Shown: one piece after another, positions 48,219-61,331 of the stretch
Layout: each line of letters starts with the position of its first letter
Numbering within the stretch: the first letter of the stretch is position 1
Source: Diplonema japonicum
Taxonomy: Eukaryota > Protista > Euglenozoa: Diplonemea
DNA length: 64,000 nucleotides
Reading direction: 5' to 3'
NCBI GenBank assembly: GCA_964019335.1
Contig: OZ025731.1
Location: 248,001-312,000, forward strand
Made by a program: the position numbers and the translations under genes
The notes under the pieces: generated by a model
What the model saw: the letters and a program-made list of their open reading frames with translations, nothing else
Databases searched by the model: none
Told to the model about the DNA's origin: nothing

Positions 48219-49788
48219 TTTCAAACCCCCCCCCCCAAAAATGAGGCCAATTGACACTTTCGTTGCATCTTTGGGCATGCCGCCCCCTTTAAAAAAATTC
48301 TCCATATTTCCCGGCCCATATTAGGAAAGAACCCGGGTCAGAAATCGCTCAAGGGTGCTATTTTGACCTATGAAAAATTCAGTCTTAGGGTCAAAATCGG
48401 GTTTTAGTGGTTTTGGTAAAGTCAGAGATTATGCTTTCAATAGCAAGAAATAGCGAAACTCACTGCTAGAAGGTGGCTGAAATGATGTTGGAAGTGGAAA
48501 CCTTCATTTCCTAGTCTTCTGCGGCTGAGATGTGCTGCTGCTGAGTGGGCGACCTCGTTTCTTTTTCATACTATTAGGCCTTCTACCGCATTTTGGGGGG
48601 GGTTTAAGAGGCTCATTCATAGGTGTACTTGTGCTTTGGGCTTGTCATGGGGTGGCGAGTATTTTCGTAATTTGGTTACTATTCTTTCTCGTTTTTCAAG
48701 TCCGGGAAGGCTATCAGGAACGTCCTCATACTCATCACAAGATTCATAGACTGGGGGCCTTTTCTCTGCCCTGTCTGCATCGAGTTCTTTGATGATGTAC
48801 TTTAGTTCTTTCTAGCTCGTGGACGCACACGTAGCAAAACACCCTCCGGTGTGCTCCTGAGCTCATATGCACCTGTAAAATCCGGAAACTCAAGAATTTT
48901 CTTTTTGTACGGGCCAAAGACATCAGTAACTACATGCACGGCACACTGTATCGTATTGGTGATGTTACCTATTTGTTCCACAGTTTTAATTGTTGTGGAA
49001 CGAGGCACCCAAAACCAAACACGAGAGAGCACACCAAAGTGGCTGTCCCTGTTGTTTTTGCCGTGTTTCTCCCCCAGAAACCACAGGGAAAACGTCCGAT
49101 CGGGATATACATAACGAAGACCAAAAAGAACAAAGTAGCAAAATTCCTTTGCACGAAAGTGACGCCCACCGTCAGCCCAGAGTATCCACTCCATTTTTTT
49201 CTTTATTTTTTTCTGTGCCCATGCTACTGTGGAACAAGACTTTTCCAACAGTAAGGCCAGCTGCCCTTATTTCATCATGTGTGATGTGGTCAAGCCTCAT
49301 GCCTCTGACCAATTGGCGCCGTGTGGTGTCTTGTTGGCTACTAAACCAACCAGAAAATGATAGCAGAAGTGCCGCTAGAAGTTCCCCTTTACACACTACG
49401 CCACAAACTAGTGCAGCACAGTCGTTGCCACTGAGCTTCTCAAAAACCTCTGTGGCGAGTGTCCTGATCGCCGTGGTGTTCCCATTTACCCTTTCTCGGT
49501 CCGAATACCATTTTTTTTTACCCCTAGCTTCTCAACAGCAAGTTTAAAAGCATCCATTTTTGTCACCCCCTCTTTTACTGAATTTGTGCAAAGTGAAAAA
49601 ACCCATTTTTGCCCCCTAGGACTGAATTTTCTGGGTACTAGTAACACTCACTTTCCCATTTTCTGGGGTGTTTTCTTTCCTAACCTGGGCCGGGAAAGTT
49701 GTAGAATTTTTTTTCTTTGGGAAAAAGTACTTAGAGAAATATTGAAAGTGTCAATTGGCCTCATTTTTGGGGGGGGGGGGGTTTGAAA
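48219..49788 (-). mobile_element. TIR DNA transposon with decayed DDE-type (Sola-like) transposase
   Basis: TIR tttcaaa-C11-aaaaatgaggccaattgacactttc at both ends (G run longer on the right); CGA on both flanks; WADGGRHFR and FLGEKHGKNNRDSHFG motifs in ORF 48802-49248. Confidence 0.75.
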
Positions 49789-51869
49789 CGATGCCATATT
49801 TTTTTATATTTTTTTTCCCTTTGCTCCTTCATGAAGCGCGAAAGTTTTTATCCTCCCCCCCCCCCCCCCCCCTCCTGACCACGAAAAAAAAAAAAAACAA
49901 ACAAGTGGGCGAAAAAAGAAGGGGGGGAAAAAAAAAGCATTAAACTTCTTCCAATTGCGGTTCCCATTTTATCCTCCCCCCCTCCCCTCCCCCCTTTTTT
50001 TTTGCCATCTGCATGAGCAAAGAGATCAAAGAAAGAAGAAAAAAGAAGGAAAGAAGCGGACGAGAATTTTTTTTCATTCTTTTTTTTTATTTTTTTACAA
50101 CAATCAACCGACTCTTCTTCTTTTTTTTTTTTTTTTTTTTCCCAAACTTTGACAACTTTCTCTTCGCCTTTCAAGTTCTCTTTCGTCCTTTCTACCCCCC
50201 CCCCCCCCCTACACTCCATCCTTCCCTCTGGATCTAATTTAAAAATTCTATTTTCTTTCCTCCCCCCCCTCTTCTTCTACCATTATAAACAGAGACGAAG
50301 GTACCCTGAGATGTTCTTTTTTTTTTTATTATATTCCCCCCACCCCCTTTCTCTGATTCTTTTTGTATTTTGTAGCACAAGAAGAGCAGAAAGAAAAGCA
50401 GAAAAAAAAAAATAAGAGAGAAAAAAAGGGCGTGGGGGAGGGACCATTTTTATGGTTAAAAAGATTTTCTACTCCTTCAGAGCGCCGTAGTTTCTTTTTT
50501 TTTTCTTCTTCTTTTTTTTTTTTTTTTCCATTCTTCTCTCTCTTTTCGACTTTTTTTTTTTCCCCTTTTTTTATAGCTCTGATGACACAACTTCCTGAAT
50601 AGGGGAAAGGACAGTCGTCATAGGGTGATCAGAAGACGGATTACTGCCTTTTCTTTTCTTTTTTTTTTTTCCCCTTTTTTTTCTCCTCAGTTTCTAGAAC
50701 TGTTTTTTTTCAAAAAAAAGGGGGGGGGACATTTCCTCATTCACACCACTCTGAATAAAAGAAATTGTTGTCCTTTTTTATTCTAGATAGGGAATCAAGA
50801 GGTTTACAAAAGGCCTCCAGCCCTTGGGTAGCACTGCACAAGATGAGCAAGGTCTGACAGCATGTCACGTTGAGTTCTTCGCCCCCCCCCCCCCCCCCCC
50901 TACTTTATCATTTACACTACACTGAGGCTTTCTAAATGAAGGTCCTGATACACACGAGAAGAAAGATAGGAAGAAGAAAAAAAAGAGGGGAACGAGAAAA
51001 TTTTCTTTCTTTTCAGGCTTTCTGAGTTCTGTCCCTGCTTTTTTTTTTTTTTTTTTTTTTTTTGATGGTGGGGATAACAAGGAGATATAAAGAAGTACAT
51101 CGGATAGCGTTATTTCGCTGTTGACCACCAACAGTGACCTCCTTTATCTCCTTATATTTCCCCCTCCTCCCTTCCCCCCCCCCCCCCCCTTCTTCTTTTT
51201 GCTGCCCATGTGCTACATCTTTTGCAAAAATTCTGTGGAAGCAGCATCATGTTAAATACAAAAAAAAAAAACAAAACAAAAAAGAAATAGAGAAAGGGAG
51301 AGAGTGTGAAATAAAAAAATGGGGGAGTGGCGCACATCCCCCCCCCCCCCCCCCCCCCACACACACACAATTTCACACCCTCTGGCCCCCTCATTTTCTT
51401 TCTTTTCCCTCTCTTTCTTTTTTTTTATTCTTTCTTTTTTTTTTTATTCCACGCAATAGAGGTACCGCACGCGGAATCAGGGCGCAGTCCTCCCCGTGTC
51501 CCCACACTGCCAGGAGATACTCATGACAGGGCATGCAAGGACGACCATAGCAACCGTAGCAGCTGCAACAGCATCGCAAAATTGTATCAAGAAGAGAAGA
51601 AGCACCGCTAGGACACGTGGGCACGCACCCTGATGCAACGATGGCTGCCGATAGAAAGGGATAGATAAAAAAATAAAAAATAAAAAAAACAGGTAGTGCA
51701 TGAGAACAAAGGAGTTTTTCACAATCCTCCTTAACTCAAATAAGAAAAATTTTCACACCCCCTCTCTGTCTTTTATTATTATTATTATTACTTTTTTTTT
51801 CTTCCCCCCTCCCCCACGTAAAATATAAAAAATGAGAAAAGGAGACGGGGGGATAATAAAAAAAAAACC

Positions 51870-52871
51870 ATGGAATTCAGCCCACGAGAGTGGGTTCACA
51901 CAACCCCTCACGAAAAAATGCCCGCCTATGACGCTTTGCGGGACCCGCACCTAAAAGGCCTGCAAAAAGGAGGGAGGCTTCGGAAACACATTAAAAGAGT
52001 CCGGGCGCAAGAGGAACGAGCAAGGGCCGACCCTGAAAAGGCCGCCCGTTTAGCGAAGATTAGAAACGTGCATGCGGCCTACGGTGCCATTGGGTCTGCT
52101 CGGGCACGCAAGAAGGAAACCCCGAGCAAACGGTCATCAGAACCCGCGGCGGCCCAAGAACTAAAAATGATACAAAGCGTTCCAACGGAAGATCGAAAGG
52201 ACGCCTCACCACCCCCTTCAGAAGCGCAGTCGGATGCTGAAAGCAACGAATACTCTTCCGACTCATATATACAAGAAGGAAGCCCCCCTTCGGAGAAGGG
52301 AGAAACGCATCCAGAAGAGATGCAGTCACAACCACCACGACCGCCTGTTGACCACAAAAAGTGGATCGAAAATATTAGAGATGCTATCCCGCCCGACTAC
52401 GGTAAAAAAGGCCTGAACAAACCTGTGTGTGTCGCTGACTGCCTTTACCTTGGCGATGCAAAGGGCGCGAAAAACACGAGGTATTTACAAGAGATCGGTG
52501 TTAAGAGGGTCTTCAATTGTGCACCTTCGCAGACACGTACTAGTTCCGATACCTATGAGGGGACCGACATTTCGTATGAAGAGATAGGCGCTGAAGACGC
52601 GGAGGGATATCCTCTTCTGGAAAAGCACTTGCATCAAGCCAAGGCTTCCCTCACGAGTGCTCGGAGCGATTCTTCACCGATGCTTATCCATTGTTTCCAG
52701 GGTGTGAACCGGTCGGCTGCATTGGTGGTGGCTTGCATCATGAGCCTTGACGGGGTTGGACTGCTAGACGCCGTCCGCTCCGTCCACGCTCTACGGCCTG
52801 TCATCTTGCAAGGAAACGACGGGTTCCTGCGGCAGTTGGTCGACTGCGCAGATGGGTTGGGCTTGCTTTGA
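51870..52871 (+). CDS. Dual-specificity protein phosphatase
   Basis: LYLGD, VKRVFNCA, IHCFQGVNRSAALVVA (HCX5R), RPVILQGNDGFLRQL. Confidence 0.92.
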   Translation: MEFSPREWVHTTPHEKMPAYDALRDPHLKGLQKGGRLRKHIKRVRAQEERARADPEKAARLAKIRNVHAAYGAIGSARARKKETPSKRSSEPAAAQELKMIQSVPTEDRKDASPPPSEAQSDAESNEYSSDSYIQEGSPPSEKGETHPEEMQSQPPRPPVDHKKWIENIRDAIPPDYGKKGLNKPVCVADCLYLGDAKGAKNTRYLQEIGVKRVFNCAPSQTRTSSDTYEGTDISYEEIGAEDAEGYPLLEKHLHQAKASLTSARSDSSPMLIHCFQGVNRSAALVVACIMSLDGVGLLDAVRSVHALRPVILQGNDGFLRQLVDCADGLGLL

Positions 52872-52979
52872 CAGTTTAAAAAAAAAAGAAAAAAAAAAAA
52901 ACGCATACTCCACACATTTTTTTTTTATTTTTTTTTTTCTTCGTTCCCCTCCCAAGAAAAAAAAAAAAAAAAAAGCTAT

Positions 52980-53677
52980 TTATTAAGTGAAAATAAGATA
53001 GCATTATTTCACGCGTGGTGGCAGGGGGTTTAACGAGTAGGGATCTTAGTTCACGAGCGAAGCGAGTGAACTAATATCCCGTTTACTTCACGAGCGCAGC
53101 GAGTGAAGTAAAAAGCTACGAGTTAAACCTGCCACCACAAGTGGAATAATGCTCTTATTTTCTTAATAAGTTGTTTTATTTAACAAGAGCCGGGTTTGAA
53201 AGGGTGGGAGGTTACAGGGTTGGGATTTGGGTTACAGTGTGTGGGAGATACAACGTCGCTAAATTCAGTTTGTGCGACTCTTTTGTCCTCATCCCGCTTG
53301 CAAACATGCAAGCTGCATATGCCACACGTTGTAGGGGTCGCTGAATTTCACTGCCAGATACTCTTTCATTTGTTCCTGACTTAACAGCTTTTTTTCGCCT
53401 CATGGCCTTCTTCAAAAGAAGTGCAACCCCGGGAAAGCTCTGCATTTTTTTACCGAAGTTTCGTTGGATGATGGCGTTGATCTTGCTGTAACTTGCCCTA
53501 AACCTAGGTGGAATAGGTGAAATTAGGCCCAGGTAATGTTACATTATTTCACGCTCGAACATTATTTCACTTGGGCCTAATTTCAAGGTAACTGGGGGTG
53601 AAAATAAAGCTGGGAGTGACATAAAGTAAAATTTTATTTTCACTCCCACCCTTGAAAACCCGGCTCGAGTTATATAA
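52980..53677 (-). mobile_element. Internally deleted Crypton-like YR element
   Basis: Same terminal architecture as 9290-10755; minus-strand remnant YSKINAII..FPGVALLLK and AACMFASGMRTKE (GxRxxE motif). Confidence 0.8.
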
Positions 53678-53730
53678 AAACAGAAAAAAAAAAAAAAAAA
53701 AAAAAATACCTAGTAAAAAAAAATGAGAAA

Positions 53731-56700
53731 ATGCAAGAATCGGTATGTCTGGGCAGCTGGTGTGTGGGGCCCCTCGATGGGATCGTCATGAAGTGGGCCG
53801 GCGACGTGGACTGGGAGGCGGACACGGTGGTGATTCAGGCTACACTTGGAATCCACACGGCGATAATGGGAGTTGTGTACGGGGCAATGAACCTAGCCTG
53901 TGAACGATCTCCATACACATGGAGTCTCCTGTCCCTGTGCCTGGCCACGCTGGCTGTATCGGCCCCCTCTATATCTTACGGGTACCCGCAGGTTCTCACA
54001 ATTTTAAACTTTTTTTTCCTGTTCACTGTTCCCGCGTTTTCCTTGGTACGAAGCTGCACCTTCAACTACCTGCTCCTATTCCTCACTCTCCCGTACACAC
54101 ACGTCATCAAGGCAAGCCTGCCCACCCAAAGGTTTATCTGGATATGCGTCGCAATGGAAGGCGTCACATTCATAGTACTCAACTGGACAGGTACACCGCT
54201 TCAATGTTCGGACACACCTGCAAGCAACCGGAATGCGTTGAAAATGGAAGCAACAGCGGATTTTGTGTATGGGGCTGTGGTGATATGGTTGCTCAGCAAT
54301 GCGTATTCCACAACAGCAACGAGCGACGAGGAGACTTCTCCACAACGAGCGGCCAGCATGGCGTACTCAAGTCCAGGTTGGGACTTTTCATCGGCAAACC
54401 GACGCTCGGACGCAGTGTCCGTAATGAGCAATTCGTCCGCGATGTACGAGACGGCGGGTGGGGTACAACACGCCTCAAAAACAACGATGACAGGGCCGTC
54501 CCTTCACGGATCGGAGTCCAGCGATTCCAACTACGACCCACCGTACTCCCCTGTCGTTCCGGTGCTCATCCCGTTCTCCGTTGTCATCGAGACCCCGAAG
54601 ATCACAACCATTGCTACGCCTCCTTTGCAGCCTCCCATGCTCAACATCACAAGCCCAACCAGTGCGGATAAAAACGACGATCTATGGGGCGCGCTGGTTC
54701 AGGAAGAGGAAGTTGAAGACAAGTACAAAGACCGCAATGAGAGGGAATTCAAACCCGAGGATGAACCGCCGACCTCACTGATGCGCAAGCGGTCGAGACG
54801 ATCTCAATGTAATAAAAGCACAGGGAACGCTTCAAACGTGTCGTGGGGAGACAACTGGGAAAACGCTACATATGAGTCTGAATTGGGAACAGAGGACCAA
54901 ACAAAACTGCTCTGGTCGCTTCTAGACCAGGAAGGAACCGGCGAGCTGTCCTTGGACGACACCGAGGCAATGGTCGAGATCTGCGGGCTGCAATTCACGG
55001 GTGAAGGCAACATCGACGATTTCTTACTGTGCTGCACCGAGACCATGATGGTGTCGTTCGAAGATTTTTGGTGGGTCATGACAGATTTCAAAGAGCAAGG
55101 CTTTGTATCGGAATGGTTCTGCATAGTCCACCTCATGGCCATCGCCCTTGTCGTTGAAGACCCCGACATGCAAATCAAGGCTTCAAAAATCTGGGATAAT
55201 GTCAACCCGAACCGTAACTCAGCGATGACGGAGGAGTACTTCACAACATTTTTGGATAGTTTATGTCTGCCTTGCAGTGTGAGGCATCTTGACGATGTCC
55301 GGCGGGAGTTCGAGTACCCGAAGGACTCCGGGTTTGAAATGACCGATATAATCTCCATGTTTTGTTTGCCCCACAAGCGTCTTTCCAAGGAAAAAGAGAT
55401 CCCTCTTGTCCTGCAGCAAGCCAAGGCCGTTCTCCACTCGCGGCAGGAACGTGTCGTCCATTACACCAACGACACACAACGTGAGAACGACAACGCTGCT
55501 AATGAACGCTCGAATCTGGAGAAGAAGCTGCCTGCTGTGTTGTTGTACTGTCTGTTAACCTTTTTCATGTCGCTGCCAAGCGCTATATTTGAGGTGCAGT
55601 TCGGCGTGCTTGAAAAAACGTTGTTGATGTGCTCGGATTTGATCTTCATCTGGTGGGTTTATAAAAGATCGTTGCTGCCGCTGGACGACAACGGGCTGCT
55701 CGTCACCGACAAGCGAACGATTCTGAAGTACTATATCACGTCGAAGGAGTTCTTCGTCGATTGCGTCATATGCATGCCGCTTGACATCATCGGTTTCGTG
55801 GATAACGAAAACCAACACTTCTACCGATTGAACAAGTGCTTCGTTTTGTATTACATAAACTATCTGTTCTGGGCTGTCGGTTCGCAATTCTCTCCCACGA
55901 TGGCCAGGATGGGGCATACATTTTATTGGTTGCTAATACAAGCACATATTCTCGGATGTGCGTTTAAACTAGTCGCACGGCAGGTTGGGGATGATCACAT
56001 TAAAGTCTCACTCACTGTCGACTCTTACTCAACCCTGCCTGTTTTTCTACAGTACTGTCAAGGGTACGACTGGGCTTTAAAAACAATGTCTGGTTTGTCC
56101 CGGGGATCACCTGTACCGCCTTCTGATGAACAGCAGGCGTTGGCACTCGTTACGGTTTTTCTCGGTGTTGCGACTTATGCGCTGCTCCTCACTACGATTT
56201 CCAACGCGTTACAGATTCCTACACAAGAAGTGAAGTTCAGGGAGCGGCTTAACGAGGTTAAGTCGTTTCTGGAGTACACGAAGCTGCCCTGGGACTACAA
56301 GTCTGTATGCATCTCTTACTACAAACATGTCTACGCCACGACCGGTTCGTACAAAATGAACGTGAATCTGCTGGACGACCTTCCCGGCGAGCTGGACACC
56401 CTTGTAAAGGTCAATATGTGCTCGCAAGTAATCAGCAAGGTATTGTTTTTTTTTTTTTTTTTTCTCGTAAAAGAATTTCTAAAAGGTCCCGATATTTTCC
56501 GACGCTGCAAAGAACGATGAGTTCGTCTTTGCGTTGTCGCTGAAGTTGGAGAGTGATGTGGTGTCGCCCGGTCAGCTCGTGACCAAGAAGGGTTTGCATG
56601 GGTCGAATATGTATGGAGAAGAATTAAAAAAAAAAAAAAAAAAAAAAAGGTATTTCGTCACGTTCGGTGAGTTCGGGATCATCGCCGAAACCGGTGAGGT

Positions 56701-56979
56701 AGTTCACACTCTCCGCGCTGGCAACTTCTTCGGCGAGATTGCCCTGCTGCACGATGTCAAGCGCACTGCGACCATCCGGGCGCTTACTTTCTGCAACGTG
56801 CTGACCCTTGAGAAGTCCGACTTCGAGGAGGTAACAGACATCTTCCCAGAAGCATTGGGCAGTATTAAGGAAGCCGCTAAAGAACGCATCATGAAGATCA
56901 TCGAGGAAGAAGAAGAAAAGAAACGGGCCGCCAGGGAGCGATCAAAGGAACGGCGGGACTCCACAACAAAGTATTTAAG

Positions 56980-57012
<33 letters not shown>

Positions 57013-57528
57013 AACACTAAACGAATCTCATGCTGCTCGTCCAGTCTTGGGAAATCTGCCAATAAGATTTCCTCAGATGCTCAGATGGAAAACTGGCTGG
57101 AAAAGCGAAAGGAGACCGACGAAAAGGACGATACCTCAAGCGTGTGCACAACTTCTTCTTTGCTGAGCAGCGCGAAGTCTATGAAATCTGGTTCGTCGAT
57201 GTCTCTGAGTATACGTAGCAGCCGGTCGAAAGCGTCCTTCCGCGGTCCTGCTGTGAGAGGGGCGGTGAAGTCCTTCCGTGTTAAGCAGGCGCAGCGTGGA
57301 GCCTCTGGAGGTTGCGAGCCCCCGCCATACATCCAACCACCACCGCCGCCACCGCTCCCTGAGGTTTCTCTAGACGCAGCTGTTACCAATACTGTCTCTG
57401 AGGACTCTGTCTCTGAAAGCCAGAGTCAATTATCCACTTCAATAGACGCTGACGGACCCTGTACACTCACTTTGCCAACAGGGGTGCCAAGGAGCCAAGG
57501 CTTGCTGTCCGTCTCGCACAGCTGGTGA
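53731..57528 (+). CDS. Cyclic-nucleotide-gated-type cation channel with extra N-terminal TM region and EF-hand-like motifs; introns 56440-56485, 56611-56649, 56971-57011
   Basis: Ion-transport segment (FFVDCVICMPLD), C-linker, spliced KVPIF..NMYF..GNFFGEIALLHDVKRTATIRA cNMP domain; all three introns join in frame. Confidence 0.88.
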
Positions 57529-57661
57529 CGGGTTATTCTTTTCAAAAGAAAAAAAAAAAAAAAAAAAATGAATTCTCTGGGTTTCTATCTGGCGGCAATA
57601 TGGCGGTACAGGACTTCTTCCTTCCCCTTACTTTTTTTTCTTCTTCTTCTTTTTTTTTTTT

Positions 57662-57798
57662 GTTACAAATATTTATCTTTCAAAAAAATGATTTTATAAC
57701 TATATGCAAGTTGTGCCGAGCAAAAAACTTTCGCAGCTTTTTAAAAAACCTTCTTTGCTCGTGCGAACAACAAAGACATATAGTCATAAAGAATTATT
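57662..57798. repeat. ~135-bp dispersed hairpin repeat, copy 2
   Basis: Near-identical to 31220-31355. Confidence 0.85.
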
Positions 57799-58625
57799 AT
57801 TTTTTTTCTTTTTTAAAAGGGCGCGGAACAAAAAAAAAAAAAAAAAAAAAAAAGAGCAATCAGCAAGCAAACAGCTCTCCTCAACGGTGCCCAAACACCT
57901 GCGGGGTCATCCTTTTAAGAGCGTGATGTGGTTGGCCGCGAGAAGTTTGATGATGAACAGCAAGGGATGGACCTTGCAGGTCAGCGAGAAACAACAACCA
58001 AAGAAACAGCACTAAGGCGATATCTTGGTGCTCGAACGCCAGTTCTTAATTTCCTTTTTTTTTTATTCTTTTATTCCTTCTCTTTTTTCTTTCAGAAAAC
58101 TGCTAACTTGACCACCCGTTGAAGAAATACTCTCAAGGTTTATAAATCTCAACTACCCCAGGTCTTCAGAAATTCTAACGCGATCCTTTGTTTCTTACAT
58201 GAAGACACACAATTCAACACTCTAAGAAGTTACCCTGATTTCCCAGCGGGGGGGTTTTTTTTTTTCTTTCTTTCCATTTCCTTTCAAGCTTCGCTTTGAG
58301 CATTTTCGAAAACCTAGGGGTCAAGTTATCACCTCCTCCACCCTCTTTTTATTTTATTTTTATTTTTTTTATATACCCCCCTCTGACTGTTAAATTGGGG
58401 TTTTCTCTCTTTTTTTTTTTTTTTTTTTTTTTCTGGATTTACATCCAAGAAAAAAAAAAAAGAAAAAAAAGGGGAAAAAAAAATAGCTTGACAATTGGGG
58501 GTTTTTTTTTCTTCTTCTCACACTTCAAAAAAAAACTTTTGTTTCAATTCTACCCCCCCCAAAAAAAAAGAAAAATACAAACATTACAGCGGGGGGAAAA
58601 AATATATATATATATAATTGTAATA

Positions 58626-60742
58626 ATGAAGAGCTTTACGCGAGGCTGTGTGAGACAAGCAAGGTGGGCCTCCACGGACGTGGAGATCAACAAAGTGCTG
58701 ATCGCGAACAGAGGTGAGATCGCATGCAGGATAATCGACACGGCAAGGGGCATGGGCGTCCAGACTGTCGCGGTCCACTGCGACGCAGAGAGCGAAGGGA
58801 AACACGTTCAGATGGCAGACGAGGCTTACAGACTGGGACCCCCTCCCGCTACGTCTTCCTACCTCCAAGCTGACAAGATAATCGAAATCGCCAAGAGAAG
58901 CGGCGCGCAGGCAATCCACCCTGGATACGGATTCCTCTCTGAGAATGCAACCTTCGCCAAGGCATGCGAGGACAACGGAATCGAATTCATCGGCCCCCCC
59001 GCCTCCGCTATCATTTCAATGGGGTCCAAATCTGAATCAAAACTGATCATGGAAGACGCCAACGTCCCTTGCGTCCCAGGGTACCACGGTGAGGACCAGA
59101 CCAACGACACCCTCCAGGCAGCCGCCGATAAAATGGGATACCCGCTTCTTATCAAAGCCGTTCTCGGCGGTGGTGGTAAGGGTATGCGTGTTGTGAGGTC
59201 TTCCAAGGAGTTTATCGAAGAACTCGAGGGAGCCAGGAGAGAGGCGATTGCGTTCTTCAAAGACGACCGTGTTCTTATGGAAAGGTTCATCGAGAAGTCC
59301 CGCCACGTGGAGGTCCAGGTTTTCTGCGACAAGCACAACAACGGGGTGTACCTGTTTGAACGGGACTGCTCGGTTCAAAGACGGCACCAGAAGGTTCTCG
59401 AGGAAGCTCCCGCTCCGGGGCTTTCCGAAGAGCTTCGCAAAGAAATGGGTGAAACCGCCGTCCGAGCCGCAAAAGCAGTAAACTACGTAGGTGCCGGAAC
59501 CGTAGAGTTCATTTTCGATGTTGACAGAAACGAGTACTACTTCATGGAGATGAACACTAGGCTGCAGGTTGAGCATCCTGTTACTGAAATGATCACAGGT
59601 CTTGATCTTGTCAAGCTTCAGGTTAATGTAGCACGCGGCCAGCCCCTCCCGTTCACACAGGAGGACTTGACTATCAACGGCTGTTCTATCGAAGCGCGTG
59701 TGTACGCCGAAGACCCGTACAAAAACTTCCTCCCTGGGTCGGGGACCTTGAAGCACGTCACCATCCCCACACAGAAGATCGAAGGTTCCATAGTGAGAAT
59801 CGACTCCGGGTTCAGATCCGGCGACGAGGTTTTGGTTCACTACGACCCGATGATCGCGAAGCTTATTGTCCACGCGAAGGATAGGGCGACCGCATTGGAT
59901 GTCATGGACGACGCGTTGCAGCAGTACCACATTGTGGGGATCCCCACGAACATTGAGTTCCTCCGTGCTTCTATCAACCACAGGGAGTTCCGTGAGGGTT
60001 GTGTTACGACAAACTTTATCGGCGACAATGAGGGAGACCTGCTTGTTAGGAAGCCCGCCAGCGGTGAACAGTTGGTCATGGGTGCCATAGGGTGCATTGC
60101 AGAGGAGTTCTCCACAAACGCTTCCTCCTCCGGGCCTTTCGGTGAGAAATCGTTTTTCAGGTTGAACGGCCCGTGGTCAAGAACCTTCACGTTCGTTGAA
60201 AACGAGGCGGAGACGGATCTCACCCTGACATCCACCGGTGTTGAAGGTACTTTCACTGCGACTACGGGAAGCTGCGAATCCCCAATGACAGTCCGTATCG
60301 TCTCTCTTGAGAAGGACAACCTTGTTGTTGTCATTGATGAGTCTCGCAAGACGTTCAACGCTGTCCCCTCTGGTGACCAGGTGTCCGTGCTGTCCTCTAC
60401 CGGTACGGTCACTCTTTTCAGGAAGTCTGTCGATTCGTCGTTTGGCGATGTGTCTGGGCTGTCTAGTGGTGGGCGTATTACTGCACCCATGCCCGGGAAG
60501 ATTACCAAGGTGATGGTCAAGACAGGGGACGCTGTTAAGGTGGGAGACGATCTGTTGGTGATGGAGGCGATGAAGATGGAGCAGAAGATCAAATCCACCG
60601 CGGAAGGGGTTGTTGAATCACTTACTGTGAAGGTTTGTGTTGGGGGGGCAAGGGAAAGAAAAAAAAAAAAAAAAACCAGGTCGACTCCATGGTGAACGGT
60701 GGCCAGGTCTTGGTATCAATCAAATCCGATGATGAGGAATGA
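58626..60742 (+). CDS. MCCC1: Mitochondrial biotin carboxylase alpha subunit, most like 3-methylcrotonyl-CoA carboxylase alpha; intron 60633-60679
   Basis: Presequence MKSFTRGCVRQARWAS; KVLIANRGEIACR, IHPGYGFLSEN, ERDCSVQRRHQK, FMEMNTRLQVEHPVTE, biotin site EAMKME; PCC alpha not strictly excluded. Confidence 0.88.
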
Positions 60743-60745
60743 GGA

Positions 60746-60785
<40 letters not shown>

Positions 60786-61331
60786 CCCCGACATCCCCAA
60801 TTTTTTTTTCCCCTCTCTTTTTTTTTTTCATGACACTCGCTGGGCGTAGGGAAGGAATGGGAGGGGGGGGGGGGGGGGGGTAAATCGGGAGTATATTGCC
60901 CCACCCCACCCCCTTTCCCCTCCCCTCTCTCTTCTTTCTCGAGTCTTTTTTTTATTGTAAAACAAAACGTTGGAAGAAAAAAAAGGGGGGGAGAGTAAAT
61001 AGTTTTTAAAAAAAAAGAAAGTAAGGATAAAACCCCACCCCCCACTTTTTTCCTGTCTCTTCCCCATCTCTCTCAGAGGGGGGAAAAGAAGAAAAAAAAA
61101 AGATTGAGCGGGGGGTTTTATATAAAAAAAAAAAAAAAAAAGTGTGACAAAACAAAGGAAACTTGAAAGATGATAAAAAGAAAAAGAGACAAAAAAAGTT
61201 ACTTCCCCCCCCCCCCCCCCCTGACATATTATTTCCCGCATCCTCCCACACTGTTTTTCTTTGTTTTCCTTTTTTTTTTTTTTAAAGTTTTTTTTTCATT
61301 TGTAAACTAAAAGGAGAGGGGGAAAAAAAAA

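Noticed and set aside
59037-60598. Long minus-strand ORFs opposite the carboxylase
   Set aside because: Antisense shadows of a strongly conserved gene
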